From Sphingobacteriia bacterium (GTDB lineage: Bacteria > Bacteroidota > Bacteroidia > Chitinophagales > Chitinophagaceae): DNA of 64,000 bases. A program made the position numbers and the translations under genes. Positions 39,501 through 47,486 of the stretch are shown here, piece after piece (the first letter of the stretch is position 1; each line of letters opens with the position of its first letter). Under the pieces are notes generated by a model. That model was not told the origin of the DNA, did not search any database, and saw only the letters and a program-made list of their open reading frames with translations. Location of the stretch: positions 18,036 to 82,035 of the forward strand of contig RDZY01000016.1 of the NCBI GenBank assembly GCA_004294135.1, given 5' to 3'.

Positions 39501-40074
39501 CATGGGCTATGCACTAACAGGCATGACAATGGCTACTATAATGGTTGGGGTTGGTATTGTGGGTCTCGCAGGTATTGTAATTAAAAATGGGATCTTATTA
39601 ATTGAATTTACCGATGAGTTAAGAGGCCGTGGATATAAAACAAGGGCAGCAGCAATTGAAGCTGGTAAAATTCGGATTATTCCAGTATTACTAACAGCAT
39701 TGGCAACCATTCTTGGATTGTTACCCTTAGCAATTGGTTTTAATATTGATTTTGTTTCCATGTTCCAGCATTTGAATCCTAAGATTTTCTTGGGTGGCGA
39801 TAGCGTAGTATTCTGGGGGCCTTTGAGTTGGACAATTATTTTTGGGCTTATTTTTTCCTTCTTTCTTACCTTAATTATGGTACCAAGTATGTACCTAATT
39901 TCAGAAAGATTACGTAGGCCAATGGAAAAATTTTATGGCACCAAATACATTGCACTATTGGGGTTTGCTGGGCCATTCTTTTTCATCTTTGTTGGCCTAA
40001 TGCTTTTGGTAAGAAGAATTCAAGGGAAAAAAGTATGGTTTGGCCAAATGAAACAATCACCTGTTAAAATTTAG
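36514..40074 (+). CDS. RND efflux permease (AcrB/AcrD/AcrF family)
   Basis: LPKEQFPDI, GIIVDDAIVVIEN, GIVIKNGILLIEF and R..PVLLTA. Start reassigned to MKFIEG at 36514. Confidence 0.95.
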   Translation: MKFIEGIAKKFKAFKPTSWAVDNKTAVYVITILISLYGLNKFNTLPKEQFPDIVVPTISVSTVYFGNSPKDIENLVTRPIEKQLKSISGAKVNKIQSTSQQDFSLIVIEFDTDIKTEVAKQKVKDAVDRAQTDLPNDLTTQPNVQEFAFSEIPIMFVNLSGEFDGVKLKRYADKMQDRFEEMKEVSRAEIVGAPEREIQINIDPAKMAAARITFRDIETAVNYENKDISGGLVKVGEMNRNIKVKGQFSSAFDMTNIQIKNVLGAPIYLKDIAQIIDTVKETESYARLGGANVITLNIVKRSGENLINTADGVKKIVAEMQASQELPKDLKVLITGDQSKKTRTSFNELVNTIIIGFLLVLLILMFFMGVTNAFFVALSVPLSVFVSFLFLPLADSIVGSPVTLNFIVLFALLFGLGIIVDDAIVVIENTHRIYNNGKVKIVRSAKEAAGEVFIPVLAGTATTLAPFFPLLLWKGLIGKFMIYLPTMLILTLTASLIVAFIINPVFAVSFMKPEGREFEEPKKAIFKKWWFWAFAAFGVLFNIAGWHGFGNFLICMDLLFLLERFLLRGIIHYFQEKLLPGLMNRYEKLLKYLLTGFRPGWLMLGLFLLFPISLFLLVIRNNPKPFFPSGDPNFIYVYLKMPIGTKTHTTDSVVRILENRVYKILGDNKPDIPGSIVESVISNVAVSANNPSDNNRSTQSHLGRIQISFIEFEKRHGKSSATYLTAIRKEMNGIPGASIEVGQEDSGPPTELPVNIEIVGDNFESIAKVAYELQNHLDTNRIPGIENLQMDVDLNNPEITVNINRQRALAEGLSTAQIGMELRTAVFGKEVSKLKDGEDEYKIQLRYKDIARNNINDLMNMRIVFRDFNSGQVKQIPLNSVATIDYTNTTGGVKRKNLKRTIQIQSNVTDPSLTPVVNAELAKKIEIFKSKTQLPADVTIRQTGESEQQAETLTFLGTSMVAALLMIFLILVLQFNSLSKPFIVLTEIFFSIIGVFMGYALTGMTMATIMVGVGIVGLAGIVIKNGILLIEFTDELRGRGYKTRAAAIEAGKIRIIPVLLTALATILGLLPLAIGFNIDFVSMFQHLNPKIFLGGDSVVFWGPLSWTIIFGLIFSFFLTLIMVPSMYLISERLRRPMEKFYGTKYIALLGFAGPFFFIFVGLMLLVRRIQGKKVWFGQMKQSPVKI

Positions 40075-40077
40075 AAA

Positions 40078-40872
40078 ATGAAAAACAATCATGAAATAGA
40101 TTATCGAATTTTTGGAGAGGAAATGCAGTATGTAGAAGTAGAACTAGATTACAATGAGACTGCTGTTGCTGAGCCAGGTGCTTTTATGATGATGGAAGAT
40201 GGAATAGTAATGGAGACTATGTTTGGTGATGGTAGTCAACAAAATACCAGCATATTGGGGAAATTATTAAACGCAGGTAAAAGAGTATTGACAGGTGAAA
40301 GTCTTTTTATGACTGCTTTTACCAATATAAATCAAGGAAAAAGAAGGGTTAGTTTTGCATCCCCTTATCCAGGAAAAATAATTCCAGTGGATTTATCTCG
40401 TTTCAATAACCGAATCATTTGCCAAAAAGATACTTTTCTTTGTGCTGCCAAAGGGGTAAATATTGGTATTGAATTTCAACGAAAACTAGGGACAGGGTTA
40501 TTTGGTGGTGAAGGTTTTATTATGCAGAAATTAGAAGGCGATGGAATGGCCTTTATGCACGCTGGAGGGCATGTATTTGAGAAGCAACTAAACCCAGGCG
40601 AAGTTCTTAAAATTGATACCGGCTGTATTGTTGGCTTCACATCATCTGTTGCCTATGATATACAGTTTGTTGGAGGAATTAAGAATACAATTTTTGGTGG
40701 CGAAGGCTTGTTCTTTGCATTGCTTACTGGACCAGGAACGGTATGGATTCAAAGCTTACCAGTTAGTCGATTGGCGGGTAGAATTTTACAATATGCTACC
40801 GTTCATAGAAAAGAGGAAGGTAGTATATTAGGTGGATTAGGAAATCTTCTTGATGGGGATGGAAAATGGTAA
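40078..40872 (+). CDS. TIGR00266 / AIM24 family protein
   Basis: IFGEEMQYVEVEL, GKR..TGESLFM, LFGGEGFIMQKLEGDG, DTGC, FGGEGLF and WIQSLP. Confidence 0.92.
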   Translation: MKNNHEIDYRIFGEEMQYVEVELDYNETAVAEPGAFMMMEDGIVMETMFGDGSQQNTSILGKLLNAGKRVLTGESLFMTAFTNINQGKRRVSFASPYPGKIIPVDLSRFNNRIICQKDTFLCAAKGVNIGIEFQRKLGTGLFGGEGFIMQKLEGDGMAFMHAGGHVFEKQLNPGEVLKIDTGCIVGFTSSVAYDIQFVGGIKNTIFGGEGLFFALLTGPGTVWIQSLPVSRLAGRILQYATVHRKEEGSILGGLGNLLDGDGKW

Positions 40873-41550
40873 TCATTCAAATTCATGAGGATCATACAAC
40901 CTATTTTTTACTGCATAAACAACAAGACCTGCTGAATTTTTAGCATAGGTTTTGTTGTATAATATTTCTCGATAGCTTTCAACAGTCCTTATACCAATTC
41001 TAAGCTTTTTTGCAATTTCTTTATTACTAAACTGCTTACAAATAAGTATTAACACTTCTATTTCTCTTTCAGTTAAATCAATTGCGCTATTTTTTCTATG
41101 CGGATGATAACGGTTATTTGAAATTAAGTAGGTTAATTTTTTTTCGATAGAATTACAGTAATAGCTTCTACCTTCATGTACTGCTACTGCTGCTCTTAGC
41201 AATTCTTGTCGATTTGTATTTTTAAGTAAGTAACCACTAGCACCAGCACCAAGCATTGAAACAATTAAGTCATCATCATTAAACATAGAAAGTGCTATAA
41301 TCTTGGTTTTTAAGTTAGCCAATCGCAATTGCTTACAAAATTCTATTCCGTTCATTTTTGGCATCTGTATGTCTACAAATACAATATCAAGAAATTCAGT
41401 TTTACAAAGTTTTAAAAGTTCAATTCCGTTTTCAGCATCGCCTAGCAACTGCATTTCTGGTTGATCTTTTAGTAATAATTTAAACCCATTCCTAAAAATT
41501 TCATGGTCATCTGCTATGGCAATTCTAATTGGATTTTGTAGGTAATTCAT
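40873..41550 (-). CDS. NarL/LuxR family response regulator
   Basis: IAIADDH, phospho-acceptor in VFVDIQMP, GASGYLLK; LTEREIEVL..IA..L.I..RTVESYR HTH. Confidence 0.95.
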   Translation of the reverse strand: MNYLQNPIRIAIADDHEIFRNGFKLLLKDQPEMQLLGDAENGIELLKLCKTEFLDIVFVDIQMPKMNGIEFCKQLRLANLKTKIIALSMFNDDDLIVSMLGAGASGYLLKNTNRQELLRAAVAVHEGRSYYCNSIEKKLTYLISNNRYHPHRKNSAIDLTEREIEVLILICKQFSNKEIAKKLRIGIRTVESYREILYNKTYAKNSAGLVVYAVKNRLYDPHEFE

Positions 41551-42296
41551 TTTATTGGAATTTCAATGGTTAGAATTGTTCCTTTCCCTTTTTCAGAATA
41601 TAGATAGAAAATACCATTCATTAAATCAGTTCTATTTTGAATGCTACTGAATCCTCTTCCTGTATATGGTTCAACTTCATTGCTTACATTAAATCCTATG
41701 CCGTCATCTGAGCAAACAAGTACCAGCTTTTTTTTATACTCACTAAATATAATTTTCATTTGTCGAGCCTTAGCATGTTTGAAAACATTATTCACTGCCT
41801 CTTGAACAATTCGAAAAATCTGAATTGCTTGATTTTTGTCCATTGTTAGCAATGGAGGATAACTAAAAAATATCTGCAACGGATTAGATTGTTCCAGTGA
41901 ATAAATTAATTCTTGTATTGCCGCAAATGCTCCTTTTCGCTCTAAGATTGTTGGTAAGAGGTTATTCGATATTTCTCTAAGCTTCATCAGTATTTCATCT
42001 AGTTGATCGCTCGCATTTAAGAGGTATGAAAATTGATTTTTAGAACTATAAATGGCATTCCCAAGTTGAAATTTAATTACTGATAAAATTGGGCCAAGGT
42101 CGTCATGCAAATCAGATGCTATTCTAGCTCTTTCTTTTTCCATTGCATTAATTCCTGCTAAGGAATTTGCCTTTCGTAATTCTAGGTTTGTATGCTGTTG
42201 TTGAATAATTAATACTGCTAAGAAAAAAATAATTGCACCCACCAATGCTATTGCAATGAGTATTGAAAAGTACATTTTTGCTTCTTTGGCATCCAT
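41547..42296 (-). CDS. HisKA_3 histidine kinase with a single TM helix and no sensor domain
   Basis: ERARIASDLHDDLG H-box, RIVQEAVNN..KHA N-box, SDDGIGF and GKGT; ATGA overlap with the regulator. Confidence 0.93.
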   Translation of the reverse strand: MDAKEAKMYFSILIAIALVGAIIFFLAVLIIQQQHTNLELRKANSLAGINAMEKERARIASDLHDDLGPILSVIKFQLGNAIYSSKNQFSYLLNASDQLDEILMKLREISNNLLPTILERKGAFAAIQELIYSLEQSNPLQIFFSYPPLLTMDKNQAIQIFRIVQEAVNNVFKHAKARQMKIIFSEYKKKLVLVCSDDGIGFNVSNEVEPYTGRGFSSIQNRTDLMNGIFYLYSEKGKGTILTIEIPIK

Positions 42297-42910
42297 AATA
42301 TGACTATTACATAAAAGATATTGGTTACTAAATTTACATAAACATTGATTCTGTGCAACTGAATTCGAAAAATTTTGCTGGAATTAAGCCCATTAATCCA
42401 AAAAATTTCTACTATTGCTTTAGAAGTATAAAAGAATATCAGGCTAATACAAGCAATAAAAATATGATTCTGGGCTAATTTTTGACCCTTTTTTGATACA
42501 ACTGATCTAATTGAGTGTATACTCATCAGTATAATCAATAAGCTAAAAATCACTCTAGAATAACCATTAAAAATATAAAAAGAGGAAAAAATAAAATTCT
42601 CATATATCCAAAAAAGTGCAATGCTCAGCGCTAAAAATAAAAAGAAATTTTTTTTATCTGAGAAAAGATTCCAGCACTTGAACTGATACAACAATATTAC
42701 TGTAGAAAACAAAACATAAATATTGCTATTGATTACATTGGTATGATACAAACTTATAAAAATTGTAGATAAAATTTCATTGATAAAACCCAGCCATAAA
42801 AATAAAATGAAAGGATAATTAGCCTGATGAATGGTTCTAATTTTTATCAAGCCAATTATTGCAGCAATCCCTATTAAATAGGCTAAAAATTCGGTTAGTT
42901 TATAGTTCAT
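42248..42910 (-). CDS. Hypothetical seven-TM membrane protein
   Basis: Seven hydrophobic segments by eye in 220 aa; polar residues in TM2/TM3 (NE, NSNIY). Confidence 0.8.
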   Translation of the reverse strand: MNYKLTEFLAYLIGIAAIIGLIKIRTIHQANYPFILFLWLGFINEILSTIFISLYHTNVINSNIYVLFSTVILLYQFKCWNLFSDKKNFFLFLALSIALFWIYENFIFSSFYIFNGYSRVIFSLLIILMSIHSIRSVVSKKGQKLAQNHIFIACISLIFFYTSKAIVEIFWINGLNSSKIFRIQLHRINVYVNLVTNIFYVIVILWMPKKQKCTFQYSLQ

Positions 42911-42927
42911 TATTTACATAAGTATTA

Positions 42928-43287
42928 CTAGGAATTTAATGAAGAACTTGGGGGACAATCATCTGGGCATCTTCGCGAATCATTCCATAAATAAGGATCT
43001 GCTTCTAATGAGATAACTGAATCTGCTGGAGGAAGTATGTCTTGGTCGGCATCATTAACGGCCACCAAAATTGCATGTACTTTAAACCCGTCGTCCATTC
43101 CATAGTAGATTCTAAGTTTTTCACAACCTGACTTTGCCAACAAATCCTCTATACTTTTTCGACTAAATGTTTCACAAGTAGCTAAAATTTTCTTTCCCTG
43201 AAATGCTTGCGCTATGATTTGTTCTTTTTGAATTCTGTAGAAACTAGTCATTTTAATACCCTGTTGAAGTGAAATTGGTTTACTCAT
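42928..43287 (-). CDS. Hypothetical 119-aa protein with RIYYG motif and C-terminal CPDDCP
   Basis: ATG at 43287 follows an A-rich leader; no signal peptide; 17 nt upstream of the 7TM gene. Confidence 0.8.
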   Translation of the reverse strand: MSKPISLQQGIKMTSFYRIQKEQIIAQAFQGKKILATCETFSRKSIEDLLAKSGCEKLRIYYGMDDGFKVHAILVAVNDADQDILPPADSVISLEADPYLWNDSRRCPDDCPPSSSLNS

Positions 43288-43343
43288 TGTGTTGTTTTTT
43301 ATTGATTGAATAAAGCAAGTTGCGAAAAATTTAATATACATAT

Positions 43344-43361
43344 CCCCGTATTAATACGGGG
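43344..43361. promoter_or_regulatory. Perfect 18-bp palindrome CCCCGTATTAATACGGGG, putative operator
   Basis: Exactly self-complementary, no loop, GC-rich in an AT-rich spacer upstream of the four-gene operon. Confidence 0.6.
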
Positions 43362-43406
43362 GTACTTGGGTATTAAGACTATTTATAATAAGTAAATTCA
43401 GGTATT

Positions 43407-43784
43407 TTATCCGTTCAGCTTCAAATATTTCTCGAGTAAAGTCTGGTGTTTTTCAAGTAATTCGTAGTACCGAAACTTCCACTCATCTATATATTTTGCA
43501 GCTTCTTCAAGGGTTTGCGGAGGTGTTTCAGTCAAGTAGAAGTTACTCGGCTCTTTTACAAAATTCTCGAGTAATTCGGGAAAGTATATACTCAGATCTA
43601 CGTGTAAAATTTTTCCGTAATTTAATAAAATATCAATGGGTAGTTCCGGATCATTGATATGATTGTAGTAGCTTGATCTGCTGTAACCGGCTTTTCTTAC
43701 CAAGTTGGTTATAGACATGCCAGCACTAGCTACAACTTGTTGCAGCAATTCACCTCTATGAAATTTTTTATTATTTTTTTTCAA
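43407..43784 (-). CDS. XRE/Cro-like HTH protein with C-terminal coiled coil
   Basis: HRGELLQQVV..SITNLVRKAGYSRSSYYNH HTH-like segment; WKFRYYELLEKHQTLLE heptads; TTG start. Confidence 0.72.
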   Translation of the reverse strand: MKKNNKKFHRGELLQQVVASAGMSITNLVRKAGYSRSSYYNHINDPELPIDILLNYGKILHVDLSIYFPELLENFVKEPSNFYLTETPPQTLEEAAKYIDEWKFRYYELLEKHQTLLEKYLKLNG

Positions 43785-44123
43785 TTCAGTAAAGGAATAA
43801 ACAATATTGATTAAATAAATGGGCTAAAAACTAGCTTATTTGTACATTTATGATTAATTAAATAATCATTTATGTATAAATATAGAAAACTCTACCACCT
43901 TGAGTGGTTTAAAAGCAGTCACCCATCAACAAATCTTATTCCAAAAAATGCAATTCATTTCATTCTTACGTTTCTACTTAAGCAAATGCTAGCAGATAGA
44001 AAAGTGACTGGTTTAAAGAGGCAGGCAAAACATCCAAATTTTTTATTCAACTATTACAAGGCCTTTCAAATACACAAACGGCTTTTGAATAGCGGTAAAA
44101 TATGCATTAATAGGTAGTATAAA

Positions 44124-45272
44124 TTATAAGAAGCGCAATTTTTTCACTGCTTTTTCAAGGGTTTCTTCTTTTTTTGCAAAACAAAATCGGAGTACTTTAT
44201 TATCTTCTCCATTTTTATAGAAAACTGAAATCGGAATACTTGCAATACCATATTCTTTGGTGAGTTTGATAGCCAATTCCTTATCCCCCTCTTTACTGAA
44301 TCCTTCATAACTGTAACACTCAAAATAACTACCATGAGATGGGATACATTTAAAAGGTGTATCATTCATTAACTGTCTAAAAAAATCTCTTTTGGATTGT
44401 AAAAAACTACCCAATGATAAATAAACTTCTTTATTTTGAAGATAAGCCGCCAAGGCAACCTGTTTGGGTGTATCACAACTAAAGCAATTGTATTGGTGAA
44501 TTTTTCTAAACTCTTTCATTAGGTAATCTGGTGCTATACAGTAGCCCAATTTCCAGCCAGTACAGTGGTAGGTTTTACCAAAGGAAAAACATACAAAGCT
44601 TCTGGAGAATAATTCAGGATAGCGTAAAATACTTTGGTGTTGGTGTCCATCAAATATTAAATGCTCATATACCTCATCACTTAAAATAATAATATTGGTA
44701 TTAGCTACCAATACTGATAGTTGTTGCATATCAGCTTTTCCTAATATTGATCCCGTTGGATTGTGGGGAGAATTAATCATGATCATTCTTGTACGAGAAT
44801 TTATTTTTGCTTTTACCTCGTCCCAAGGAATAGAATAGTCCGGATATTTCAATGAAATTAATACTGGCACTGCTCCATTCAATTCAATAGTAGGAATATA
44901 GCAGTCATAAGCAGGCTCAAACACAATAACTTCGTCTCCTTTTTTCAACACGGTAGTAAGCGCCGTATAAATAGCATAAGTGCCTCCAGGTGTTACCGTT
45001 ATTTCATTTTCTGGACTGATTTCTGAGCCGTATAATGCAATCGATTTTTGTGCTATTGCCACTCTCAATGCAGACAATCCATGCATATGTGCATACTGAT
45101 TATTTCCATCTTGCATGGCTTTATTTACCAGCATTATTAAATCATTACTCATACTAAAATCAGGAAAGCCTTGTCCAAGATTAACCGCACCGTATTCGGC
45201 TGCAAGCTGACTCATAACGGTAAAAATAGTAGTGCCAACCGAAGGCAATTTAGAATCTAATGATAGATGCAC
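44124..45272 (-). CDS. Methionine aminotransferase (YbdL-like, class I/II PLP enzyme)
   Basis: SKLPSVGTTIFTVMS, NLGQGFPDF, NSPHNPTG, SDEVYEH and SFGKTYHCTGWKLG. Confidence 0.93.
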   Translation of the reverse strand: MHLSLDSKLPSVGTTIFTVMSQLAAEYGAVNLGQGFPDFSMSNDLIMLVNKAMQDGNNQYAHMHGLSALRVAIAQKSIALYGSEISPENEITVTPGGTYAIYTALTTVLKKGDEVIVFEPAYDCYIPTIELNGAVPVLISLKYPDYSIPWDEVKAKINSRTRMIMINSPHNPTGSILGKADMQQLSVLVANTNIIILSDEVYEHLIFDGHQHQSILRYPELFSRSFVCFSFGKTYHCTGWKLGYCIAPDYLMKEFRKIHQYNCFSCDTPKQVALAAYLQNKEVYLSLGSFLQSKRDFFRQLMNDTPFKCIPSHGSYFECYSYEGFSKEGDKELAIKLTKEYGIASIPISVFYKNGEDNKVLRFCFAKKEETLEKAVKKLRFL

Positions 45273-45364
45273 TATTAAAATGATTGAATGAAATAATCAT
45301 ATAAAGTTAATCATTGTTTGATAGTAAATTATTTTGCATGTAGTATAATTATAATAAAAATAAA

Positions 45365-45622
45365 TTGAAAAGACGAACTTGTATTAAGACAACTGGTATT
45401 ATAAGGGTTGCAAGCGTTAATTTAATAATATCATTTATAGCAGTTGATCAATATTACAGCCACGCAGGCGGAAATTTAAACTGGGTTTTTACACAAAATA
45501 AAAATGTATGCCCAGTACATGGGAGTGAATTTACGGCCATGGGAAATAGCATTCCTAATACTGGCACTGCGGCAAAAGATCTCAAAAAATTTGCTATTTC
45601 TATTCAAGGAAATAGCCTATAA
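45365..45622 (+). pseudogene. Degenerate exported Rieske-domain gene
   Basis: Twin-Arg-like start MKRRTCIK. The first ligand motif reads YSHAG instead of CxH; the second, CPVHGSEF, is intact. Only 85 aa, with linker and lipobox missing. Confidence 0.6.
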
Positions 45623-45635
45623 ATTAAGGGGTAAA

Positions 45636-47423
45636 TTACTGATCAGTTAATGTTTCAATGAATTGAATAATTGCCTGTATTTCTGTTGTTGAAAGATTCA
45701 AAGGATTTGATGGAAGTGTTTGATTCGTTACATTAATCCCTAACCCTTTGCCTCCGCCTTTATTATAAAAATCTAATACAGATTGCAAATCGGCATAAAC
45801 GCCATTATGCATATAGGGTGCAGTTTTGGATGCGTTTCTAATTGTTGGTGTTTTAAATGCATGCAAATGAAGCATGGATTGATACATCGAATATTTACCT
45901 GAATCGGCATCTAATGTATAGGGTGATTTATTAGTAGAAGGCACACCTATAACTTCTGATTCCATTGTATTGAAATGAGGAGGCACAACTCCATTAAATA
46001 GTGGCATAAAATGGCAAGTACCGCATTTGGCTTTTCCCATAAACAAGTTAAAGCCCTTCACAGCCTCATCACTCATTGCTTTTTTATTTCCGCGCATGTA
46101 CTGATCAAAAGGGGTATTGAAAACAGATTTTGATCGAATAAATGCAGCTATTGCTGTTTGAATATTACCCGGGCTTATAGCACTATCTTTATACGATTGC
46201 AGAAATTGATCTTGCATTAATTGATCTTTTTGAAGTACTAACGCAGCAATTTTTAAATTACCATGCAACTCATTGGGGTTCTCTATCACTTGTTTAGCTT
46301 GATCTTCTAAATACACTAATCTTGAATCAGCAAATTGTAAAGGTTGTAACCCAGCATATAAAATTGTTGGTGTATTTCTAAGGATCAACTTTTTACCATC
46401 AAAACTTTTGCTCTTAATTTTCCCATCAGTAAATGCTTTATTGGCTTGATGACAACTTGCACAACTTCTAGTTTGATTGAGCGAGAGCCTATTATCATAA
46501 AACAATTTTTCTCCCAAGGCAATCATTTGCTTATTCGATACATCTTTTTGTATGGGAGAATAAAACCAAGCATTCCAAGCATTTCGATCGAATATTGTGG
46601 TTGCAGATACATGTAAGGGCCTCGACTCATTGAAGTAAGGGATATTCAGTTTTTGCTGCAATAAGGCAAGATCATTACTTAATGGATTCAAGAATTCAGT
46701 AATAAAAAAAGCTCGATCAAAGTCATCAAAAGAGTGGTTGGATTTTAAATAATCAATTGCAAATGAAAGACGCAATAGAGCTTTATTTGAATCTTCTTCC
46801 TTCGTGTATGTATTAGTATAGTCGCGCAAAGCTTCTAAACTTACTTGCAATTCTTTAATAGCAGATTGTAAAATAGGAGTATCAAAACCAGTTATGCCCA
46901 TGGTTTCAATACGAATAATACTGGTTTTTAAAATATCAAAAAAGTGTTGGTCGGTAAAAGTTAAAGTTGTTGAACTGGCTTTTAATCTTAACGCCAAAGA
47001 TTCCATCAATGCTGCTTGTTCTTTCATTAAAGTAATAGAACCAGTATCAAAAAAAGGAAATAATTTTTCTTCAAGTACTTGAAAACCACTTGGAGGATTA
47101 GGTTTTGCAGGATTCTCAGCCTCTACTTCAAATAGAGCAGGGCCATTAATTGCTTTTGCAGTTGATGGATAGTAATAATCAACAAATAATTCGATTTTTT
47201 TATAGGCTATTCTATAATTTCTAAAATGCCATCTTATCAAATTACTATCAGTAGCATTTTCTTGAACTATATTGTTGAATTGTTGAGATACAGCATAAAA
47301 CGAATCAACATAATTGGTATAAACTAAACTTAGTTTTTCCACACCAGTTAGCTTTGTTGAAGAGCAATAATTAGCCATCAACACAATAAAAGCCAATACT
47401 ATTAACAAAATGGGTTTACGCAT
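45636..47423 (-). CDS. Di-haem cytochrome c peroxidase/MauG family protein with N-terminal helical extension
   Basis: Two CxxCH motifs (CASCH, CGTCH), LRNTPT, FKTPTIRN...APYMHNG. The about 270-aa N-terminal domain is inferred to be imelysin-like. Confidence 0.88.
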   Translation of the reverse strand: MRKPILLIVLAFIVLMANYCSSTKLTGVEKLSLVYTNYVDSFYAVSQQFNNIVQENATDSNLIRWHFRNYRIAYKKIELFVDYYYPSTAKAINGPALFEVEAENPAKPNPPSGFQVLEEKLFPFFDTGSITLMKEQAALMESLALRLKASSTTLTFTDQHFFDILKTSIIRIETMGITGFDTPILQSAIKELQVSLEALRDYTNTYTKEEDSNKALLRLSFAIDYLKSNHSFDDFDRAFFITEFLNPLSNDLALLQQKLNIPYFNESRPLHVSATTIFDRNAWNAWFYSPIQKDVSNKQMIALGEKLFYDNRLSLNQTRSCASCHQANKAFTDGKIKSKSFDGKKLILRNTPTILYAGLQPLQFADSRLVYLEDQAKQVIENPNELHGNLKIAALVLQKDQLMQDQFLQSYKDSAISPGNIQTAIAAFIRSKSVFNTPFDQYMRGNKKAMSDEAVKGFNLFMGKAKCGTCHFMPLFNGVVPPHFNTMESEVIGVPSTNKSPYTLDADSGKYSMYQSMLHLHAFKTPTIRNASKTAPYMHNGVYADLQSVLDFYNKGGGKGLGINVTNQTLPSNPLNLSTTEIQAIIQFIETLTDQ

Positions 47424-47438
47424 ATAAGATTAATTCAC

Positions 47439-47466
47439 AAAGGCACCGGAATAATCCAGTGCCTTT
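47439..47466 (-). terminator. Hairpin between the phoX-like and peroxidase genes
   Basis: AAAGGCAC ... GTGCCTTT stem with inner GGA/TCC; weak U-tract. Confidence 0.5.
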
Positions 47467-47486
47467 TAGTATAAAACGAGTTGATC

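Noticed and set aside
42248-42910. Microbial rhodopsin
   Set aside because: No retinal-binding Lys motif (DxxxK) in the seventh helix.
43872-44117. 81-aa ORF divergent from the HTH gene, and an ATGATTA-N6-TAATCAT repeat at 43850-43869
   Set aside because: No recognisable motif or clear promoter, and the repeat is too AT-rich to be significant. It cannot be excluded as a real small gene; a homology search is needed.
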